From an uncultured virus (IMG/VR IMGVR_UViG_3300000301_000004) (taxonomy: Duplodnaviria > Heunggongvirae > Uroviricota > Caudoviricetes): 64,000 nucleotides of DNA. The notes under the pieces are model-generated. The model had not been told where the DNA came from. It did no database searches and saw only the letters and a list, made by a program, of their open reading frames with translations. The translations under genes and the position numbers were made by a program. The DNA lies in the IMG/VR virus record IMGVR_UViG_3300000301_000004. One strand, 5' to 3'. Below are positions 58,019 to 64,000 of this stretch, piece after piece (positions within the stretch are counted from its first letter, which is position 1; each line of letters starts with the position of its first letter).

Positions 58019-58876
58019 ATGGTTGCACAATCCGGAAAAATAAGTGATACTACCACACTTCTTGAGAGCCTTTCTCCAAATTCGGATTCTATAAGTAGGG
58101 CTAGAGGCGATGTAAAGATATTTATTGTGTATAAAGGAGATACAGTGCAAATTCCTGTAAATCCTTCGGACTTAAAAATTGCTACTCCAGGAAATAACAA
58201 AACTTATCCTATTGTATCATTAGGAGAAATAAATGTTTTAAAAAATCCTAAATTAAGCACGATTGGATTTAGTTGTTTTTTCCCAACAATAGAAACACAG
58301 AATTATCCATATGTGCTAACAGGCAATTCAGAACAAACTTTTTATACTGCATTAATTAAGCAAATTTTAGATAGGCAAAATAAAGCACAATTTCATGAAC
58401 CTTCATTTTATGTAAGTTTATTTAGTAAGATTAGAGATAGCAAAGAACCTGTAAGGTTAATTATTACTGGACTTGCTGTTGGATTTAATAAGCTTGTATC
58501 TATTGAAAAATTCGATTATGATTGGAAGGAAGCAGATCCAGATCCATATTATGATATCGAATTTAAAGTTTATCAGATTTATGCAGTTAATAACGCTACT
58601 GTTGATGAAGATGGTACAATAACTGTTGATACTGGTGGATTAAGAACAGACGAATCCGAAGCTTTAACAATGGGGGATGAAGTAAGTGTAACAGGTACAA
58701 TTTATAAAGATCCAGCTATGCAATTTGTAGATAGGTATGTTAAGAATAAAACTGGCTGTTACGTAAATCTTTTAGATTTCGATAATAATGGAGCAATCCA
58801 TATAACTGATAATGAAGATCGTTGGATTGGTTGGGTATCCGAAACAGCGGTAAATAAAATATCGGGTATACTGTAA
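58019..58876 (+). CDS. Tail tube initiator (XkdP-like)
   Basis: IPVNPS, LGEINVLK.PKL, FSCFFP. Confidence 0.75.
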   Translation: MVAQSGKISDTTTLLESLSPNSDSISRARGDVKIFIVYKGDTVQIPVNPSDLKIATPGNNKTYPIVSLGEINVLKNPKLSTIGFSCFFPTIETQNYPYVLTGNSEQTFYTALIKQILDRQNKAQFHEPSFYVSLFSKIRDSKEPVRLIITGLAVGFNKLVSIEKFDYDWKEADPDPYYDIEFKVYQIYAVNNATVDEDGTITVDTGGLRTDESEALTMGDEVSVTGTIYKDPAMQFVDRYVKNKTGCYVNLLDFDNNGAIHITDNEDRWIGWVSETAVNKISGIL

Positions 58877-59865
58877 TGAATATTTTATTAGCTGTACAAC
58901 TTCCGAATACTAAAGTTTTTGAAATTTCTCAAGTTGTCTTTGATATATCTTGGACAACGACATTGCTAGAACAGCCTGGAAAATTAAGATTCTCCGTACC
59001 TAATAATATTGAATTAATTTTAGAATTTGCAACCACAGTTAATTTAAGAATTGACGATATACCAATTTTCTATGGATATGTTGTTAATATGACAGCTTCT
59101 GAAGATACTATTACTTATGAAGCTGTTGATCAAGTTTTTTATTTAAAAAATAAAGAATCCTATGTCTTTTCCGGAAAGACAGCAACTCAGATTTTTAAAG
59201 CTATTTGTGAAGACTGGAAATTTACTTACAAAATAGTTGATGATTGTTCATGGGAAGTTTCTCCACGAGTTCATGATGGAAAATCCTTGTATTCAATAAT
59301 TAATTATGGCTATGATGAAGCTTTAGTGAATATACAAAATTGGTTTATTCTGAGAGATAATTATGGTACATTAGAACAAATCAGTTTATTATCAACAAAA
59401 ACAAACTACTACATTTCAGACGATTTAAATATTACAGGTTACAATTTTAAGAAAAACATTGACAGGGATTCATATAATCGTGTAAAATTAGTACAAGACA
59501 ATACGAAAGAAGGAGTTCGTAAAGTTTATGTGGCTCAGGATGATGAAAATCAGCGTAAATGGGGCATATTGCAATATTACGAAAAAGTAGATAAAACAGC
59601 AACAGAAAATCAAATCAAACAAAGAGGCGATGCTCTTTTAAAGGTTAAAAATAGGGAATTAAAATCTTTAAGAGTTGAATGTGTTGGTTTACCCTATTCT
59701 TTTAGAGCTGGAAATTGGTTAACCGTTAAATTAGACCCTCTAACTAAAGCTGGTTTCGTTAATATGCAGGAATATATTGCAACAGATTGTTCGCATACTT
59801 GGAAAAATAATGAGCACATAGTTAAATTAAATTTAAGTCAATATAGTTTGGATGTAGGTGTTTAA
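58876..59865 (+). CDS. Baseplate hub (XkdQ-like)
   Basis: PGKL.F, IFYGYV, YLKNK, YNRVKL, WGILQYYE. Confidence 0.85.
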   Translation: MNILLAVQLPNTKVFEISQVVFDISWTTTLLEQPGKLRFSVPNNIELILEFATTVNLRIDDIPIFYGYVVNMTASEDTITYEAVDQVFYLKNKESYVFSGKTATQIFKAICEDWKFTYKIVDDCSWEVSPRVHDGKSLYSIINYGYDEALVNIQNWFILRDNYGTLEQISLLSTKTNYYISDDLNITGYNFKKNIDRDSYNRVKLVQDNTKEGVRKVYVAQDDENQRKWGILQYYEKVDKTATENQIKQRGDALLKVKNRELKSLRVECVGLPYSFRAGNWLTVKLDPLTKAGFVNMQEYIATDCSHTWKNNEHIVKLNLSQYSLDVGV

Positions 59866-60259
59866 TATGGAAGATTCTGGAGTTGTTCGGATTCTAAGTA
59901 TAACGCGAAAAATGGTAAAACAGAGAGCTCAAAGTTCCGATATGTCTGACTGTGTATACGGAACAGTGCTTTCTGTTTCTCCTTTAAGTGTACAATTAGA
60001 TTCGAGAACGACATTAGGTGAAAATCAATTAGTTGTCGGAGCTTTATGTAAGGAAACAATAATTAAGATTCCTTTTCCGGAAAAAGGACAAGTAAAACAT
60101 AAACATCAAGCTATTCATAATGGTATGCACAATACCACAGAAGAGCTTCCTGAGATACAATTATGGCGTGGCTTGAATCCCGGCGACAGAGTTATTTTAA
60201 TTAGATTTAATAATGGACAGAAATTTTTAATTCAGCAAAGGGTGGAGGGAATACCATGA
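59858..60259 (+). CDS. Baseplate spike-like protein (XkdR/DUF2577)
   Basis: GTVLSVSPL, GLNPGDRVIL..GQKF. Confidence 0.8.
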   Translation: MFNMEDSGVVRILSITRKMVKQRAQSSDMSDCVYGTVLSVSPLSVQLDSRTTLGENQLVVGALCKETIIKIPFPEKGQVKHKHQAIHNGMHNTTEELPEIQLWRGLNPGDRVILIRFNNGQKFLIQQRVEGIP

Positions 60260-60657
60260 TACCCACAAATCGCAATATTATTGTAAATCAAATAGGGCAA
60301 AATGAAGTTACAAGAACCTATAAGGTTGATAATTATAATAAACGAATTATAGGCACAACAGATGGACAGCCAGCTATTGAACAAGCAATAATGAAAAATT
60401 TTGATACTGAAAGATATGCTTATGTTATTTATTCTAAAAATTATGGAATTGAATTAGAAAAGTATATCGGTAAAGATTTTGACTATATTCAAGCAGATTT
60501 ACAGAGAGCTTTGGAAGATTGTTTATTAGCAGATTCTCGAATTTACGCTATTAGTAATTTACAGTTTACACAAGAAGGACTTGACTATATGTCAATTACT
60601 TTAGATTTACAGACTGAGTCTGGTGTATTGCCAATAACTTTGGAGGTGAAAAAATGA
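60256..60657 (+). CDS. Sheath initiator (XkdS/DUF2634)
   Basis: TERY.Y.IYS.NYGIEL. Confidence 0.85.
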   Translation: MIPTNRNIIVNQIGQNEVTRTYKVDNYNKRIIGTTDGQPAIEQAIMKNFDTERYAYVIYSKNYGIELEKYIGKDFDYIQADLQRALEDCLLADSRIYAISNLQFTQEGLDYMSITLDLQTESGVLPITLEVKK

Positions 60658-61820
60658 ATGTTTTAAGCGAATATCTGCAAAAATATACTTATGATTATAT
60701 TTTAACGGAAGCATTAAGCAAAGTTCCGGATAATGTTGATAAACGAGAAGGTTCGATTATTCGGGATGCTTTATCACCATGTTGTTACGAAGCCGCAAAA
60801 CACATATTATATTTAGCTGATATTATCGAACAAACATATATCGAAACTGCAAATGGATTATGGCTTGATGGGCGTGTGATAGAAGGGGGTGTAACTCGAG
60901 ATCCCGCAACCTATGCTAAAAAATTAGGAGTATTTAAAACACAGCTGGATGAACCTTGTCAAATTTCTATTGGACAATCTTTTTCAACCGTTGGAGATAC
61001 TATTTTAAATTATACCGCAGTACAGGTATATGTAAATGAAGATGGGGATGTAGTACCCGGAAGTTATATTATGCAATGCAATACTGTTGGCAGCGTGGGA
61101 AATAGTTATATAGGTAGAATCGTTCCTAATGATTATATTGAAAAGTTGGCAAGTGCTGAAATTACTACTTTACTTTATCCAGGAGAAGAAGAAGAATCAG
61201 ATGATTCTCTAAGAGAAAGATTTTTAGCTAATTTAATGAAAACAGCCTTTGGCGGTAATATTGCACAGTATCGGCAATGGGCTAAAGAAATTCCAGGCAT
61301 TGGTGGTGTTCAAGTTTATCCTGTATGGGCAGGCGGAGGAACTGTAAAGTTAAGTATTATTGATACAGATTACAATTCTTGTTCTTCAGAATTTTGTCAA
61401 ACTATTTTAGAAAAATTCGATCCGGAAAATTCTGGCGGGGAAACTGGATTAGGTTTAGGCATTGCTCCTATTGGCCATAAGGTAACAGTAAGCACTCCAT
61501 TACCTAGAACAATTAATGTATCCGGAAAAATCACATTATTGCCAGGATATAAATTAGAAACACTTTTGCCACAAATCAAATTGGCATTAGAAGAATATCT
61601 TTTATCGTTAAGACAGGCTTGGGAAAATAGTGATGATGAAAATAATTACTCTGTAATTGTTTATCTTGGCAGAATTAATTTTGCAATTTTAAATGTTAAA
61701 GGTGTATCCAGTGCTTACGAGTTACAATTAAATGGAACTGATACCGATATTAGATTAACAGAAACGAGTTCTTTGCAGGAAATCCCTGTATTAGGGACGG
61801 TGAGTTTAGATGAACAATAG
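60654..61820 (+). CDS. Baseplate J protein (XkdT-like)
   Basis: DKREGS, EESDDSLRER, FGGN, VYPVWAGGGTVK, APIGH. Confidence 0.92.
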   Translation: MNVLSEYLQKYTYDYILTEALSKVPDNVDKREGSIIRDALSPCCYEAAKHILYLADIIEQTYIETANGLWLDGRVIEGGVTRDPATYAKKLGVFKTQLDEPCQISIGQSFSTVGDTILNYTAVQVYVNEDGDVVPGSYIMQCNTVGSVGNSYIGRIVPNDYIEKLASAEITTLLYPGEEEESDDSLRERFLANLMKTAFGGNIAQYRQWAKEIPGIGGVQVYPVWAGGGTVKLSIIDTDYNSCSSEFCQTILEKFDPENSGGETGLGLGIAPIGHKVTVSTPLPRTINVSGKITLLPGYKLETLLPQIKLALEEYLLSLRQAWENSDDENNYSVIVYLGRINFAILNVKGVSSAYELQLNGTDTDIRLTETSSLQEIPVLGTVSLDEQ

Positions 61821-62727
61821 GTATGGTTTATACAGAACTAGAATTGGTCGTTATTTTCCTCGTTATTATGAAGGTATTTTAGAAACAGATGAATTAATTA
61901 AAGTTGAAAATGATATTTGGAATAACTTATATTTGTTATTAAATAAAGCAAAAAATAATCAATTTATTGCATACGCAGATGAAGATGGTATTTATGCTTA
62001 TGAACAATTATTCCAAATAGTTGCAGACCCTGAAACAGAAACATTGGAAGAAAGAAGATTTAGATTATTAAATAGGATACAAACATTATCTTATTATACA
62101 ATGATATATCTTCGGCAAAAATTAAATTCATTGTTTGGGGAAAATAATTATGAAGTAGAAATGGATTATTTGAACTATACTTTATATGTTAAAAGTAATG
62201 CTTCTAATTCTTTTATTTATAAGGAAAGTATTGCTACTATAAATAAAATAAAACCTGCAAACATTGTATTTATCAATGTTCCATTTATTCCAACTACTAT
62301 TGAAGTTGGCGAAGAAATTTATCAACAAAAATGGTGGTGGAATTATATTTTAGGTGGTAAATGGCGAGTAGGCCAAAAACCTTTTATAAGTGTTCAAGAT
62401 TTATCAAAATTAAAATCCGAGGAGGTGCAATCATTGACTCCGTTAATGCTTAACAAATTAAAAACATTTACAGGGGAAGAAATAAAGGCAGTCCTTATAA
62501 ATGATACTTATAAGATAACAACTTTTGTTCAAAAAATTATCACAGGTGGGTATTTAAGGATTCAATATAATGTTGAAAACTGGGAGCAAATACAACTAAT
62601 CACCAATATTAAATTTTTAGATGAGGATGATTTAATATTATCAAACGACCCTGTCTATATTCCTATTTCTTCAGATACTATGATTGAACATCGAATTAAC
62701 ATTCGGGAGGTTGGAACAAATGGCTAA
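61810..62727 (+). CDS. Baseplate wedge protein (XkdU/YmfQ-like)
   Basis: ETLEERRFRL, IKPANI. Confidence 0.8.
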   Translation: MNNRYGLYRTRIGRYFPRYYEGILETDELIKVENDIWNNLYLLLNKAKNNQFIAYADEDGIYAYEQLFQIVADPETETLEERRFRLLNRIQTLSYYTMIYLRQKLNSLFGENNYEVEMDYLNYTLYVKSNASNSFIYKESIATINKIKPANIVFINVPFIPTTIEVGEEIYQQKWWWNYILGGKWRVGQKPFISVQDLSKLKSEEVQSLTPLMLNKLKTFTGEEIKAVLINDTYKITTFVQKIITGGYLRIQYNVENWEQIQLITNIKFLDEDDLILSNDPVYIPISSDTMIEHRINIREVGTNG

Positions 62728-63631
62728 TAATATTGTTATGAAAATTACTGATTATATCGCTCATTTATGGCATGACACAGATAACGACATTGTAATGGCT
62801 GAAAATGTTAATGGTTGGGAAAATACATTGCAACAGCATGCAGAATTTTTAAAAAGATTTTCTTGGCAACCGAATACACCATATCCTAAAAATTCTGTGT
62901 TACTTTATCCTTTTGGATTGCATACTAAATTAGTATCTAAAAATGCTGGTACAAGTGGAAGTAATGAACCAACATGGTCGGAAGCAAGTGGACAAGAAGG
63001 TTCCAGAACGATAACAGATAATGATATTATTTGGGAAGAACAACCAATTCAAGTATCTGCAGATACTACACCAATAGGAACGATTAAACAGCAATTATGG
63101 AATAGCGCTCCTCCAGGATACTTAAAAATGACACAAAGTCATGTATTAAATAGATCAGAATATCCAGAATTGTGGGATTTTGTTCAAAAATATTATCCTT
63201 TAACTTCTGAAGTTGAATGGCAAAAAATGTTAACATTAAATAAAACTTCTGTTGGCTATTTTTCAACTGGTGATGACAGTACAACTTTTAGAACTCCATT
63301 TATATTAGATTTTGGTCGTGGTGGAGAAAATGCTGGTTCTTTCTTTAAAGATCAGAATAAGCTCCATAACCATACGGCTAATATAAATACTACTCCAGCG
63401 CAAGGTTCTTTCCGTACTTGGAAGTTTGATCCAGTAGCTTCCGGAGTATTTTCATCTACCTATTTAGGACGATGGGCAAACAGCAAAAATGGTGGAGATG
63501 ATGCCATGTGGCAAGTTAACTTTAATTTAGCAAATACATTAAATAATATTACTATTGGAAATTCTGGAGAATCTGAAGGATTTCCAAAACACGTTATAAT
63601 GCCTTATTACCTGAGAGTTTTAAATATTTAA
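62720..63631 (+). CDS. Tail fibre protein, constant N-terminus + invertible C-terminus (orientation A)
   Basis: Collar PIGTI...YPELW...GDDSTTFRTP; contains left IR at 63339-63374. Confidence 0.85.
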   Translation: MANNIVMKITDYIAHLWHDTDNDIVMAENVNGWENTLQQHAEFLKRFSWQPNTPYPKNSVLLYPFGLHTKLVSKNAGTSGSNEPTWSEASGQEGSRTITDNDIIWEEQPIQVSADTTPIGTIKQQLWNSAPPGYLKMTQSHVLNRSEYPELWDFVQKYYPLTSEVEWQKMLTLNKTSVGYFSTGDDSTTFRTPFILDFGRGGENAGSFFKDQNKLHNHTANINTTPAQGSFRTWKFDPVASGVFSSTYLGRWANSKNGGDDAMWQVNFNLANTLNNITIGNSGESEGFPKHVIMPYYLRVLNI

Positions 63632-63939
63632 TATTCTTAAATAATATGGCATAATTATATGCTTTGGATAAGCTTCTTCTCCACCTGTATTCACGCCTGT
63701 AGATTCAATTTTAATATCATGATTATGGTCGCCATTAAATTGTATAACTTCACGAGTATCACTTTTATGAGCGCATTCGCCAGCCCATGTACCAGTTCCA
63801 GAAAATACACCAGTTGTTCGACCCCAACTGCCCCCAACCTGATTTCCCGCAATGAAAGTTCCTCGAAGTCGTGTAGTTCCAGTCTTATTTCCAGTGGCCA
63901 AATTATGGTTATGGAGCTTATTCTGATCTTTAAAGAAAG
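63339..63939. mobile_element. Invertible tail-fibre segment bounded by perfect 36-bp inverted repeats
   Basis: ctttctttaaagatcagaataagctccataaccata at 63339-63374 and its exact reverse complement at 63904-63939. Confidence 0.88.
63620..63939 (-). CDS. Silent alternative tail-fibre C-terminus (orientation B)
   Basis: Reads in frame from IR: FFKDQNKLHNH-NLATGNKTG...EAYPKHIIMPYYLRILNI*, paralogous to ...EGFPKHVIMPYYLRVLNI*. Confidence 0.85.
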
Positions 63940-63948
63940 GAATTAAAA

Positions 63949-64000
63949 ATGATAAAATTTAGAATATTTAAACAAAGATTGAGTTATTATGGAGATTCTG
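63949..64000 (+). CDS. Start of next gene, truncated
   Basis: AAAGGA RBS overlapping right IR; MIKFRIFKQRLSYYGDS. Confidence 0.55.
   Translation, partial: MIKFRIFKQRLSYYGDS

Noticed and set aside
63659..63946. 95-aa + strand ORF
   Set aside because: Antisense shadow of the silent tail-fibre cassette

Overview
64 kb of an AT-rich (~30% GC by eye) contractile-tailed (PBSX/Xkd-type) phage genome, apparently circularly permuted, almost all on the + strand. The probable host is a gut Firmicute; the lysis genes hint at a diderm Negativicutes host (inference). Gene order: end of a DGR target gene with its VR, then TR and reverse transcriptase (1-1.7 kb); tail fibre; lysis cassette; an uncharacterised six-gene module (5.8-8.5 kb); replication/recombination genes (SNF2 helicase, initiator, DnaC, DnaB, primase, SSB, family A polymerase, beta clamp, DnaX/HolB/HolA, RecA, RecU, Cas4-like nuclease); a 7-deazaguanine DNA-modification operon (dpdA-queC-queD-queE-folE); an array of individually promoted early genes; a long non-coding region with a palindromic repeat array; small accessory genes; and the terminase-to-baseplate module ending in a tail fibre with an invertible C-terminal cassette (36-bp inverted repeats). 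The most unusual signal is a ~1.5 kb, three-gene zone (35.85-37.36 kb) that excludes GA/TC on both strands except as CGA/TCG. The exclusion extends to protein composition, codon-pair choice, promoter -35 boxes and ribosome-binding sites. I infer this may be a deliberately modification-free island in a deazaguanine-modified genome. No integrase, invertase, tRNA or CRISPR array was recognised. Annotations come from motif recognition by eye, not database searches.
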